Shown piece by piece: positions 25,325 to 38,949 of a DNA stretch of 64,000 nucleotides. Below the pieces are notes generated by a model, which did no database searches, had not been told where the DNA came from, and saw only the letters and a list, made by a program, of their open reading frames with translations. The translations under genes and the position numbers were made by a program. The stretch comes from Nemertoderma westbladi (lineage: Eukaryota > Animalia > Xenacoelomorpha), in assembly GCA_032718475.1 (NCBI GenBank), contig JAUCBJ010007338.1, forward strand, positions 1-64,000. The letters are read 5' to 3'. Position 1 is the first letter of the stretch, and the number at the start of each line of letters is the position of its first letter.

Positions 25325-26844
25325 TTTATTGTCAAACATTCTGCTATAGACTACGGTGACTGTAGAATATTATTTATTACAGTAGGCCTATATAAATAGT
25401 ATACTGTATCTAAAGTAGTGGATTGTAAGTATTGATTGAGTAGTATAAACTGACTGGGGTGCTCACACTGCATTGTCAAGTTAATCTATGGATTGATTAG
25501 TAAAATCGACTAAATTTCAGAATATCATTTTCGGAGAACTATTCCCTATTGTCCCGCTAGAGGGGGAAAAATCGGAAAGTGCCTATTCATCCCATTGTCC
25601 ATTTACTATATTTGCACTTGCTCCTACCTGGGCCCTTGGAGTTGAGTATGATCGTCTGTCGTTTTGTAGTCCGAATATTTGAACGCCTAATTCATTAAAT
25701 TAACCAAACTTGATACACATGTAAACTGTCATTTTGACTGGCGCCCGGTATCACATTAGAGAATGAATTTGTCTCGCGCAGTACGAGTGATGCAGGAAGT
25801 ACGCACGAACGTGGCATCTTATATTATATTAACGTATTCCAAGGTATTTAATACCTTAATGAGGCCTTCCCGAAATGTATTCGTGCTGCCCAAGTACCAC
25901 GCAAAGGCTCCACAATATATTATTATTATCAGTTTGTTTATTCACAATAAGTGACATACTGTAGTAGTAAAACGACCGGTAGTTCACAGCACCAATGACA
26001 GTATAATTAATTTAAACGAGGGAGGTACAGGATGCACGTTATGTAGTTATGGCATCAAATGACAAATACTGTAAGTAAAAAATAGGGGTATCTTTCAGCC
26101 CTAACACGACAGACATAAAAATGTTTAAAACAGACCACGAACGCCCCACGCCTAGCACTGTTACTACAAAGATTGTAATAGCACTGTGGACGCATTTATT
26201 ACATACTGTAGTTGTTTCTACCACCTATAACAGGATTCCTTCACAATACGGTGTGTGTGACATGTATGTGGCTGAGATAGTAAGTAATACAACACGTTCG
26301 TGGGGCCTTCGCGCAGCACGAGGCTCAGTTATGAGATACAAATTAAAATTGAGCAATTCTAACACAAAATCTGTATTTAAGAAATTAACCAAACCGCAAA
26401 TAAATCATAAGAAGGGAAAGTTGCTCGCTTTCAACCCCCTCCCCCCTTAATCTGCACCTCAACCCAAAGGCACACAGAGGATTGTTCACAGGCGTGTATT
26501 AACATAAAAATGGTGTTTTAAAAGTAATATATTTTAGGCGTGAGGCGACCAAATTTATAAGAAATATTAATTTACCATGTCGATGTCACAACAAACTTAT
26601 TTAGCTATATTTATTCTAAAGAATCTCCATTAAATACTCAGCCAAACATTTTGCGAGATAAACAATAAGCAAGCTGTCTTATTACTCTAGGGCCTAACAC
26701 TATTGCATGTCCTATAGAATTACACCTTGCTGGAATAGTGGTGAGGTGGAACTGGTCGGACTGATTCCTAGCCCGGCAAACACACCGGACGTGTTCTAGC
26801 ACATTCACGTTCTAGATCAGTGATTGCACTTTGAGATATTTTGC

Positions 26845-27110
26845 CCTCTAGCGGCAGACTAGAGAACTGCAGACAGATGAGCCTCCTTTGAATGACACAG
26901 TTAATTGTCTAGTACAAATATGCCAAGTTTCAGCTGGAACGGGTTTAAAGCAAAGAAAATGTGAGGGTATTTAATATCTAGACATGTAGCCCTCTAGCGA
27001 GAGACTGATGATTTGATGGTGTCTGGAAGTCCCTAAAAAACAAAACTGATGGTCTTATTGATGCCTACTAATTGTAGACTCGAAGGCTTTAAATCCGACG
27101 AAGTTATAAG
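26845..27110 (-). mobile_element. Dispersed non-autonomous element fragment (homologue of 11877-12105)
   Basis: Inverted similarity to 11877-12105; carries two GCCCTCTAGCG motifs. Confidence 0.65.
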
Positions 27111-27727
27111 TAAGTCAAAATCGTAGCGACGATGATGACATACAGTACCATTATTGAATAAACTATTTGCCATAATTGACCTACCCCCCTAAGAGATAGC
27201 GTCAGTTCGCAAAGGCTCCACCAACTTCGCGGCTCGGACCCCATACCCCATGCTGTAAAATGTATTCGATCGATATACAATTATATATTAATCCGCTAGG
27301 TGGTGTCAAATTAATATTCTGCAATTTCGTACTTGTACAGCACAGCAGTACCGTACCGGTAGGCCTATGTCATTACTTCGGAGTCTCTAGCCGATCCCCA
27401 ATTAAATGTCTTGACTTTTCAATTTCGTAGAAAATAGACTTTATGATTCTCTACAAGCAACCAAAATTTCAGCTCTGGAAAATGACGCGTTCCCGAGAAA
27501 TTTAACATTTTCTAAAAACCACATAATCTGTCGTAGCTGACGTCAGACTACGTCAGACTAAGTTTGGTTCAATTTCGAATCAGCGATGCCGAGAAATTCG
27601 CGTTCAAAGATTTACCAGACAGACGGACATGCCCCATTTGCCCTATGTGAACCGTATGCCAAGGCTCGACGTGTCTCGCCCCACAGTGCATTACGTTGAT
27701 ATTTCCAGGACCAGCTGTTGTGTACGA

Positions 27728-27800
27728 TTACCAGCGTGGTTAGAGCGCCTGGCTTGTAATCAGAAGGTCTGCTGTTCAACCCCACATAGACACCGATACG
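27728..27800 (+). mobile_element. tRNA-derived SINE-like head or tRNA pseudogene
   Basis: AGCGTGGTTAGAGCGCCTGGCTTGTAATCAGAAGGTC..GTTCAACCCC: A box, anticodon-arm-like segment, degenerate B box; no full cloverleaf. Confidence 0.5.
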
Positions 27801-28406
27801 AATTTTGCGCAGTTCCTTTCAGTAATAATTCATTATGCACACGGTGCAGGATCCCTAGCGGTTATAATAGCCGTTTTAGGCCATTTCAGTGTGCTAAATC
27901 GGTAAACCTTATCTTCACCGAACTGTCTGATAAGTTATATCCATCAGGCATTGTGTGATGAAAGGGACATTACGCGATATTCTAAATGATTTTAAATAAA
28001 ATAACAACGAAATATAATTGGGCTATCGGGATCTTGGACAATAGGTTGTTCAACAGTGCTGTTTTATTTAACTTTTCACTGCGAATTTATTAGTTAAAAA
28101 ATAGTTGACTTTCAACTAAAATCTAACTAAATTCCGAAAGCTGAAAGCTTTCGGGTTTATAGAGTTTTCTATTTCCCATTGTCCTTTGACTGTTCTGAAC
28201 CATTTCGTCGAGTCTCGTCTCCTATCTCATTCTACATACCGTTTCTAAAACTGTGTACCTTTTCTCTTACCTAACTTACTAGATCGAACCTGTATGGCCT
28301 ATCTCATTCTTCATACCGTCTGGGCAACATTAATTCGCGAACTTTTTAAAGAGTACTTTTACAGGTTAGTAAAGGATGTTTTGTTTTGGTGGTATTAATT
28401 TTATTA

Positions 28407-28620
28407 CTTACGTAATGTGTACTTGATGATGACTTGACTTGATGTCTTGTCCTAAGCACATATATTGATATACACCTGTATTATTTAATGTGGATCATTC
28501 ATTGTTGCTTACACATTACTTACGTAATGTGTACTTGATGATGACTTGACTTGATGTCTTGTCCTAAGCACATATATTGATATACACCTGTATTATTTAA
28601 TGTGGATCATTCATTGTTGC
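28407..28620. repeat. Tandem duplication with ~112-bp period
   Basis: TACGTAATGTGTACTTGATGATGACTTGAC...GGATCATTCATTGTTGC present twice, nearly identical. Confidence 0.9.
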
Positions 28621-28868
28621 CCTTTAATTACATTTGAAAAATTTAAAATTTATTCTGTTTAACATGAAAATTAAAATTTAACCTAAAATTTAACATGACG
28701 ACTGTTGATAAATCGTAAAAATTTGATTATTTGGTAATAGCGGCCAAAAAATCTACCTTAAAAAATAACATTATTACTTAATAAATTTTATTAGTTGTAC
28801 CCACGCTACAGTACTGTAATTAAATTAATTAATGTGAATACGGTTCCTAAATATTTTTTTTTTGTAGA

Positions 28869-29511
28869 CAGTGGAAATAGATGAGTCGTTATTCGGTCGG
28901 CATGTGTAGCACCAACGGGGGAATCGCCGTGGGATGAAAGTTTGGATCTTTGGTTTGATCGAGAGAGACAAACTCAGCTATTCTATACCCAGTTAGTGAT
29001 CGATCGGCCAACACCCTGGTTCCTCTTATCCAACGTCACGTTGCACCTGGTAGCGAGATTTACTGCGACGGGTGGTCGACCTACATCGCCCTAAACGAAC
29101 TCGGTTATAAACCTTTTCCGTTATCCACAAGTATTCTTTCAAAAACAATATAAAAATGTTATAACCGGACAAATCGTCGACGTCCATACCAATTCCATCG
29201 AGGGGGCTTGGCAACATGCCAAAATCAAACAAAGCCACTTTGAGGGCCATTTGGCTGAAGTGATGTGGCGAAGCATCGCAAAAAACCAAATGTACGAGAG
29301 GTTTTTCAACCTAATCCGGGACGTTTTCACCCTCGACGCCCCTCCTAACTACAAATATACTATTCCACTCTTCGATTCCTGGGGTGGTCCTGATGATATT
29401 CGGAATCCTACATGTGACAGCAATTCCGATGACGACCGAATCTATCCGTGGGTTAGCGACGCTGAATCCCTGTTGCAACCATTCCAACAAGTGCAGATAA
29501 TAAACCGGTAA
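28869..29511 (+). pseudogene. Decayed Merlin / IS1595 (ISXO2-like) DDE transposase
   Basis: Manual translation across frameshifts: VEIDESLFGR..*..RG..GMKVWIFGLIER / YPVSDRSANTLVPLIQRHVAPGSEIYCDGWSTYIALNELGY...VIH / VHTNSIEGAWQHAK..FEGHLAEVMWR. The EIDE, DGW..Y and HTN.IEG.W motifs are hallmarks of the IS1595/Merlin family. Not called in the ORF track. Confidence 0.85.
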
Positions 29512-32500
29512 TTGCAGCAGACCTGCAGCAACATACTTATAAGCTCTTCGCGCCACAGAGATGTTCTTCACCCATCCTGTGTTCGACACCGACGGAATCT
29601 GATGATGAAAGAAACAACCATTATCAGGGAAGGCGAATTATCCTCAATTCCATTTACCGATAGCCGACTTGCTAATTCTCCCAATATTGATGCCAGCACT
29701 TCATCTATAACGCCCTGGCAACCAGAGAAACCGGATTTGAGCCTCTCCTGTTCCTCGCGATCTTTGCTTTCATACCTTCTGTAAAAACCACACGCCTTCG
29801 TAGCCGCACAAAGAAGCGTATAGATGTCGTAGATGAAAAAGTGATTTCTGTATCGAATCTAGGTGAAACCATTCCCGCCGTTCAATTTGATAATACTGTT
29901 TCATTTTCTGGTGTCACAATCCCAGCTCAACAACATTTATCTCTAGGGTCTTACGTTGTGGACTATCCAGACGATACTTTGCCATCCACCGGATCCGTGG
30001 GATATCTTGAGACAGGAGGGTCTAGGCCTATATCGCTTTCAAATGATAGAACTGTAGAACATAACAGGAGATCTCGGAAGCGCCGAAGAGGCAAAACAAC
30101 AAATGTTTGATGTCTGTAGGATTTCTCCCCTGTTGATTCTGATGACGATCTCGGCGAATCAATCGACCCGAGGCAAAAGTCAGCCTGTTATACCAAGTCT
30201 GCATATATTTGGAACTTTTCTTCCGATGACGATTTCCAATAATCGTATTATGTTGATAATCGATGTCCCATACAACTGTGTACTGCAGTATACAGATTTG
30301 TTTTATAATACAACAGTATAATATAATTATGGCCTATAAATGAATCAAGCACAAAACCGTTTATTTTCTAAGGGTGCTCAATATACTGTACAGTATGTAT
30401 TATTTGTAGGAGTTTTTGAAGAGTTTATGAAGAAAGCCAGCCATTTAAATATTTTTTATTATTTAGGCTTTTACAGTTTTGAATCTAATCACATGAAAGT
30501 TTTTTTATATGATAGATCAAAGATGGGGGCAACATAACTATCAGGTGAAATTTTGTGAAAATATTTCTGCACCGCTAGGTGGCGCTGCAAATTTAGGCTA
30601 GATTTTTAGGTTTGTTATAAATAGTATTAAATTTTATTAACAAATAATTTCGAAAAGTTGTATGGATGTAGACACCCACAGAAAGTTTCAGACAAATTGC
30701 TCAAAAATGAATAACGGTACACTGAATATTGCTAACTTCAAACTGTCAAAAAGTTCAGGTTACCATTATTCCAAAGTAATCAGATATTACAGTAATTAAG
30801 CTGCTAGTGTCAGAGTGTTGTTAGTCAGTTAGTTTAGTATTCGAGTAAGCCATAGAATATTATATGGTACAATATGCAGATCCAGATAGGATTACGCCCA
30901 ATGATGTAAACTGTAAATGAAATATTTATTATATATAGGCTGATAGGCCTAGTTAAGTCTAGGTTTAGGCCTAGTAATAAACATACTGTACTTATACAAT
31001 ATCTCGTTGAAGTACTTGCCACGTAGTATATTCAATGTGGGCAAAATACATTCAGACAGGCAGACAGGTCTCACATATCGTGTTGCGTTTTATTCACACA
31101 ACTTTTATGATATCAACCACTTCGTCTAAACGGGGTGTAAGTAAATGAAACGCCGACAACCAGACAACTGACAGCCAACACCGACAACCATTATTAAAGC
31201 CAATGAATTAAATGTTATTAATTGAGGGAACGGAACAGGTTACAGCGCAGGAAGGTGCATCGTCTGATTGTGGGGCGAGCCATGCATTGAGCGGGGGCTG
31301 ATCTAGCTGTCTGTCTAGCAGTCAGAGAGTAGGCCCCTATCAGCCTATTACAATACAATCTTATGAGTTTTAATGCAGCCTTTTGTGTTAAAAAAAAACG
31401 GTCCCAAGCCCGCAAAATTGCAGAGGGAGAACGCAATAAAGTTGCAGATAGAGGCGTACATACAGACATACATATGTAGCCTACATAATGTACAGAAGCA
31501 TACAGTCTATCCTTCAGTATATGGGCTACTTTAAGACTATGACCTAAATTTTGAGTCTCAGTTATAGGAGTTTTATCTACCCACTGCATAGTATTGTACA
31601 TTATATTGTATTATACTAACTGTAGCCTATTTCTACTTGTAAGCCAGTCAAAATCTACATGAATCAAAGTTCTGTCAATCAGTCAATCATTTCCTACTGA
31701 CAGACTGACCACAGAACCAAGGCCGCTAGTGATTGACACTGTAGCGGCGCATATTTCGGTCCCGTTCAGCCGTTCCCATTGCATTTGCTTACAATTAATT
31801 ATATTTATAGGCCTATACAAGTGTAGTCGTAGTGTAGTGTAGAGGTAGACTACACTGGTATACACGTTTTGTATGCGTTTCTCACTCGTTTTTACTCTTG
31901 TACTATTTTTGCACTCTTTTGTACTATTATTGCTACTTTACTCTTTTGTACTACAGTACTATATTGTACTTTTTTGTACAGATTCGTTGGACCGTATACG
32001 TAGGTACAGCAGTACAGGTACCGGTACCAGTACACAAAGTTGCCTTAAAGCTGTAGGTGGTCAGGCAGTAGTAGCATCTTCTTACATTTTATACCGTATC
32101 ATTTGCGATTTTATTTTTCATTTTTTTTTTTTTTTTTTATTTGTACCGGTATCATTTTTGATAGGCCTATCACAAGTGTGGACCCGGGCCGGACCCTGCT
32201 TTTTTGAGACAGACCTGGACCCGGAACCGGACCTGGCAAAATGTTCGACCCGGTCGTTTACTAGTGAGCTTAGTCTGGTAGTGATAGACGCCTATAAATG
32301 CAACAATATAGTGTTAAAAAACTCAATTAAAAACTCAAAACGAACTGGTGGGGATGGTGGCTGGCGGCTGGCGCTCCTCATGCAAGCTGGCAAGAGAGGC
32401 CATGAAGCCCATCTGGTGAGATGTCCTTAAAACACCATGCGCTGCTGTGGGGCTCAGTAACCTTACAGCCAAGGCGAGTGGTGACGGATAATGGATATCC

Positions 32501-32516
32501 GGAACTGGGTGTTTAT

Positions 32517-32800
32517 CCACCTTGGTGTAGTGGTTGCATTGAATTCACATCTCCCGTAGGTCGTGGGTTCGATCCTCACATGGGCCAGGGCAGTTTTCGT
32601 TTCGGCACGAATGCTTTAAAGGGACCAGCCAGGGCGCATCTCTGCCTTGCATCCTTAAGTGGTAGCTAAATGAGTACTGGAGTTTCCTCTGGGGAGTAAA
32701 GTTCTGGGGGGACCGCACTGGAAATAAGTCGTCAGACTTTGTGCGTAATCCCTGGCCTAGCGGCCGAAGAAAATTTACTTTTTTTTACTTTACTTTTTTA
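32517..32800 (+). mobile_element. tRNA-derived SINE (copy A)
   Basis: A box TGGTGTAGTGG, B box GGTTCGATCC, central GCCTTGCATCCTTAAGTGGTAGCTAAATGAGTAC, 3' AGTTTCCTCTGGGGAGTA..CTGGAAATAAGTC and a TTTAC-type tail. Confidence 0.75.
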
Positions 32801-32801
32801 A

Positions 32802-32990
32802 CTTAAGGCCCAGTGAGCAGACTGGGATGGCGTCTAGCCAGCAACCGGATGCGGATACTGGATCCTCGATGGAGTTGAGGCGGGCGATGTCCAAAGTTGA
32901 TACACCGTCCCTCAGCAGCTTAGAGCCACCGGGGACACGGTGTGGACCTGCTCCGGTACTAGTAGGATGGCTAAAACGTCTATCCTTATC
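32802..32990 (-). mobile_element. Possible fragment of a CRE-like (RLE-type) non-LTR retrotransposon ORF
   Basis: DIARLNS...SGCWLDAIPVCSLGLKL resembles the ARL...SGAWL.A.P...LGL.L motif downstream of the RT in such elements; short and GC-rich. Confidence 0.45.
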
Positions 32991-33043
32991 TGATCTGATC
33001 TGAACTGATGGTATCTGACACTTGTTCCACCTTGGTTCAGGGC

Positions 33044-33832
33044 CCACCTTGGTGTAGTGGTTAGATCTGTAGATTGAATTGAATTCACATCTCTCTGAGG
33101 TTGTGGGTTCAACCCCCGCATGGGCATGGGGTCCAAGGCAGTTTTCGTTTCGGCATGAATGCTTTGTGGGAAGGTGGATGGGAATGTGGGAAGATGGATA
33201 GGAATATGGGAAGGTGGGTGGATGGGAAGGTGGTTGTTTATTGTTTCAGTTAGAAAATACAGCCTCGGTAACCTGCTTGTTTTTCTCAATTGGTAGGTAT
33301 GAACAACGTTTATTTTGCCGCCTCTGTAACCTTCTCCTTTCCCTCAAATGGTAGGTAACACTAGCAACAACGTTTTTTTGTTTTGGTTAGAAAAGCCCAC
33401 CACTGTAACCTGCTCTTTCCCTCAATTTGTAGGTAACAATATTGTTTATAGTTTTGGTTAGAAAGTGGCACTGCTGGCTGAAACCTGCTCGTTTCCTTCC
33501 ATTAGTAGATAACAAAGAAACAAACAGCGTTTATTGATTCTTACATTCCAATCCACTTTCCCATTCCCACATTCACATTATCCCACCGATCTACCGACCA
33601 GCCCACCCACCCACCGATCTACCGACCAACCAACCACCCACGCACCCACCCCTTTAACCAAATTCTGACTCATTTTCCTGGGCACTCTGGGAATGTTCAC
33701 ATGGGCCTTAGTTTCCTCTGGGGAGTATAGATAGTATGGGGTGACCAGACTGGAAATAAGTCAGTAAGTCTCAGACTTTGTTCATAATCCCTGGATTAAT
33801 GGCCGATAAAAATTTGCTTTAATTTACTTTAC
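33044..33832 (+). mobile_element. tRNA-derived SINE (copy B), split by a ~530-bp insertion (about 33165-33690)
   Basis: Head CCACCTTGGTGTAGTGGTT..GGTTCAACCC..GGCAGTTTTCGTTTCGGCA matches copy A, and the 3' part at 33711-33832 matches 32681-32790. The insert carries TTTTGGTTAGAAAA..CACTGTAACCTGC modules and G-rich/C-rich ends. Confidence 0.7.
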
Positions 33833-36249
33833 CTTGGTGTATTTTTTATACGATATAACAACAATAAAAAGCATTTGATTTGATTTATACTACACTACCC
33901 GGTATTAGTTTATACCGGTACCGGTACTTATATTATATAAACAAGGTACGAAACGATCATCAAGTACAGTATGTTCCTACTTCCTACCCCTACCATATAC
34001 CTGTGCTTGCTGCATTAGTTGCATGCCTGTACTGTAGATACAGTAACAGTACAGTATGTCACTTGATTCTATCTATCCCAGCAACCTGTTCTCTATTGGC
34101 TATTTACCTAACTGACAATTACCTTGCACAATATTATATCTCTTTCTTCTGATTGGTTATAGGATCAGAGGCTGTCAGATCAGGACGTCATTGCCGACTT
34201 TGCAAAGCTGTGTGCTCAATCAAAATTTAGTTTTGATTGAGAACCAGAGCAACATCAACCCAGACAACATTAAAATTGTAAAGTTTCAGAGGTAAAACAA
34301 CCCACGAATAGTAGGCTTATTGTAGTGGTAGGCCAGGTTGGAATTCATGCATGAGCGCGCAGGTACGCTTTGTTGTTTTGAAATCACCGCGCACCTGAAA
34401 TTGGCTCGTCGCGCACCTCATCATATGTCATAATCCAAACAAAATCGCGCAGCTCATGTCATGCATATCTCAAAAAATCGCACAGTTCATAAGAACAATT
34501 TTACATTCCTATTTTACAAGTTTGAGCGTTTTAAGCTTATCTTTACGTCTGTCTGTCTGTACGTTGAATCTAGGCTTACATAATAAATGTAATTTTTGCA
34601 ACATCAAAATTGTTAATATTAAAAAATATTTTTTTAATCCACTACTATGGTGGCCCATCGGGCTCACTGCTTTTATAACAGAAAATATTATTTTAGATTA
34701 CAAACAAAACATGTACCGGTAATTTCAAAAAAACGAATATTGAAATAGGTACCAGTCTGCCAATAATACTTTGTATAGACCTACCAAACAATTAGGCTTA
34801 AACATACAGTTGGCTTATAATTAAGTCATACTTATAATACATTGTTACTTTCTGACTTTACCTGTTTACTAACGTAACATCGGCATAGCATAGACGGGGA
34901 CGTCTATTTACACCAAAAACACACAAAAACACACAAAAACTCACAAAAACACACAAAAACACACAAAAACACACAAAAACACACAAAAACTCACAAAAAC
35001 ACACAAAAACACACAAAAACATACAAAAACACACAAAAACATACGGCACATATATGAAATGCCTGCAAAGGTAATTATCATTGCGGTTTGGGTTGTTGTC
35101 TGTTTGTATGCCTGTTTGTCTGTATGGGATGTAATTAAATGTAATCCAAAACGCAATAGTTATTGCTGAAATACCTATAGGCATAGTCCAGTAGTCTACA
35201 CTCAACAGGTACCTTCCCTTCAGTATAAATTAGATCATCGATGCACTCGATCCTCTATGGAATTCCCATTATGAACATCACATATATTTCGCCTGGACGG
35301 ATGCATCGCGCTTATTCAATCTAAACATTACTATATGATTGTGATCAGGCAGGCAGGTTATGGTTGATATCAGTTAATGATGCCTTTGATAAATTGCGCA
35401 AAGGGCGATTATTTACTGTTATACAGTAGATAGTGTGGTTGCGTTTCCGCCAACATCTCTTTCCAAGCTTGGTGAGAATAACTCTTCCGGGAAGAAAAAT
35501 ATACTCGATTTATGACTACCATCATCTGATCATATGTTGACGTCACATTAAATTCTACCTGCGAATCTGAAACTACAGTATTAGCTCGATTCATTCATAC
35601 TTTGTCATCACCCTGTGTCTGTATTTCATACTATGTATGCTTAACAGAGGCATACCGAGGGTGGGGGGGGGGGGGGGGGGGGATTAGAAAATAATTAAAA
35701 AAAAAATTAATTATTTTATTGGGCCTATTGATGGAATAAAACACTTACAAAACCATTTTATTATTAAATCACCCAGGGCTTGCCACTTTGCAACAACAAT
35801 GACATTATTTACTATATTTACAATTACAAGATCGTTTAAGTAGTTTGGATTTATTAAGTATACAGTAGAGAAACGGGAAGTTTGATGTGATTTATTGGGA
35901 CGATGTAATAAATATATTTGCAGAAGAATCATACTGTAGTAGGCCTATAAACAACATTTTTTAAAAATGTAATAATATTTTAAAATCGGTAATAAAATCG
36001 GAATTGTAGTGGAATTGAATGGCCATGATAAAACTAATTTATTTATTACATGGGAAAGCAAGACCAGTTATAACTGTATAAACTTCACGGCTTATATGTT
36101 CTTAAGTTTTTTTTCCCCTATGTAATATAGGCCTACGTTTTACCTTTTATTCTTAATTTGGTACTTTATTGTGGCTTAATTCTTTAATAAAGGATAGAGT
36201 GATATATTGTTACAAAAAAAATGTTTTGTTTTGTTTTAAAACAAAAACA

Positions 36250-37162
36250 AAGTTTTTGTTTGTTTGTTTTTGTTGTTTTTGTGTGTCTTTGTTTTGTTTT
36301 TGTGTGTCTTTGTTTGTTTTTGTGTGTTTTTGTTTGTTTTTGTGTGTTTTTGTTTGTTTTTGTATGTTTTGTTTGTTTTTGTGTGTTTTTGTTTGTTTTT
36401 GTGTGTTTTTGTTTGTTTTTGTGTGTTTTTGTTTGTTTTTGTGTGTTTTTGTTTGCTTTTGTTTGTTTGTGTGTTTTTTTGTTTATTTGTGTTTGTTTTT
36501 GTGTTTTTGTTTGTTTTTGTTTGTTTTGTTTGCTTTTGTTTGTTTTTGTGTGTTTTTGTTTGTTTTGTGTGTTTTTGTGTGAAATGTATGTTTTTGTGTG
36601 CTTTTGTGTGAATTGTATGTTTTTGTGTGTTTCTGTTTGTTTTTGTGTGTTTTTGTTTGTTTTTGTATGTTTTTGTTTCTTTAAGTGTCTTTTGTTTGTT
36701 TTTGTTTGTTTTTGTGTGTTTGCTTTTGTTTGTTTGTGTGTGTTTTTGTTTGTTTTTGTATATTTGTGTTTGTTTTTGGGTTTTTGTTTGTTTTTGTTTG
36801 TTTTGTTTGCTTTTGTTTGTTTTTTTGTGTGTTTTTGTTTAATTGTTTTTGTGTGTTTTTGTTTATTTTTGTGTGTTTTTGTTTGTTTTGTGTGTATCTG
36901 TTTGTTTTTGTGTGTTTTGTTTGATTTTGTGTGTTTTTGTTTGTTTTTGTGTGTTTTTGTTTGTTTTAGTGTGTTTTTGTTTGTTTTGTGTGTTTTTGTG
37001 TGAATTGTATATTTTTGTGTGTTTTTGTGTGAATTGTATGTTTTTGTGTGTTTCTGTTTGTTTTTGTGTGTTTTTGTTTGTTTTTGTGTGTTTTGTTTCT
37101 TTATGTGTCTTTTGTTTGTTTTTGTGTGTTTTGTTTGCTTTTGTTTGTGTGTGTTTTTGTTT
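36250..37162. repeat. Degenerate (TTTTTGTGTG/TTTTTGTTTG)n 10-bp array inside foldback element 1
   Basis: T/G-rich decamer, same motif as the arm subrepeats; source of the F/V/C/L pseudo-ORFs. Confidence 0.9.
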
Positions 37163-38949
37163 ATTTAATGTGACGTCAACATATGATCAGATGATGGTAG
37201 TCATAAATCGAGTATATTTTTCTTCCCGGAAGAGTTATTCTCACCAAGCTTGGAAAGATATGTTGGCGGAAACGCAACCACACTATCTACTGTATTACAG
37301 TACTTAATCGCCCTTTGCGCAATTTATCAAAGGCATCGCATTAACTGATATCAACCATAACCTGCCTGCCTGATCACAATCATGTAGTAATGTTTAGATT
37401 GAATAAGCGCGATGCATCCGTCCAGGCGAAATATATGTGATGTTCATAATGGGGATTCCACGGAGGATCGAGTGCATCAATGATCTAATTTATACTGAAG
37501 GTACCTGTAGAGTGTAGACTACTGGACGGTCAGCCTAAACACCCAACTACACCCAACTTTCACCCAACTACACCCAACTTTCACCCAACTACACCCAACT
37601 TTCACCCAACTACACCCAACTTTCAGCCAACTACACCCACACAGTTCCACCCCACTACACCCAACTTCCACTGCACTTCCACTTCCACTCTGCATCCAAC
37701 TTACACCAAACTATACCTACTGTATGGCACCAAACTTCCACAAATTACAATATGTACAGTAACAAACTCTTCGAGGAATTGCTGAGATATGAGCTTTTAA
37801 ATGTTTCATGTACTGTATGTTGCCCCCACTGCTGAGCAATTATGAAAATAACAAACTAACGTTTTATATTTATTGCAGGTTGGTTCTAGAATAATTGATG
37901 AATTTAGCAATAAATATACATGGGGAGACGCAGAGACTATTGACGAACGATCCAAGCTACAGTATAAAACTAAACTGGCGCTGTGGGATTGTGGTGAAAA
38001 TGAAAACGGTATTGATACACAGGGGGGTCACCGTCACAGCCTTAACGACGAAATCGCATTGGAAACTTATGTTATGGGAATAGCAATGCAGATAATTTGT
38101 ACAAAGTTAATGGACATAAGTTCTATATTATACAGTATGTTTAATGCAATTATAATAATGTAATTATCCTTTATGTATCATAGAATACAAGAAAAAGAAC
38201 TGTAACATTATTTTCAGCAGCTTTATTTTAATCTTGGGCCCATGTAAACACTTTCTGCCGTTATATATTTCACTTTGCAGTTGCCCCCATGTGAAGAATC
38301 CCAGGTTTTCATTAAAATCACAGGTTACAAAAGGGCTGAATCTAACCAAAACAATAAACGAAATTTAGCCGTATCAAAACGAAACGTATCAAAAAGATAA
38401 ATTAAAAAAAATAAAAAATCTTCATACATAAAATTCCAATAAAATGTCGACCGAAAAGTGAAATCCTGGTATTATTCACATGGGCGAACTTTATGGCCTT
38501 TATATTAATTAATTTTTAACGAAACAACAGCAATAATTTTAGAACATTTTACATTTTTGATAAACTAAAAGGGGATCTGGTAAGATCTGTACAGGTCAAG
38601 GGAATTTCTGCAAGGAACTTATTATGATCTTCACATACAGGCGATGCCAGAATGGACAAGATCTCTACAGTATGAGAATCGATAAGATCGTTATACATTA
38701 CAGATCTTACAGTAGTAGAAATAATAATTCATCACACTAGGGTAGAGAATTGCAGACGTTGAGCAACGTAATCATATAGACGCGGTTTGTGGTCTCTAGT
38801 ACATACTGTACAGTATATGTACAGTAGGATATGACAATATTCAGCTTATTTTATTACAAACAACGAAATTGGAGAAGTGTATTTAATCTTTCAGACATTC
38901 CACCCATTCGAAAATCCTCATGTGATCAACATTGAGGTTTCCAAACTAA

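Noticed and set aside
31873-32430. 185-aa ORF with a hydrophobic N-terminus
   Set aside because: Crosses a poly-T run and low-complexity, repeat-derived sequence; no recognisable domain.
36169-37307. Hydrophobic F/V/C/L-rich ORFs resembling membrane proteins
   Set aside because: Translations of a T/G decamer array inside a foldback element.
37873-38163. 96-aa ORF in the arm of foldback element 2 as a possible transposase exon
   Set aside because: No recognisable transposase motif, and the opposite arm carries indels that break the frame.
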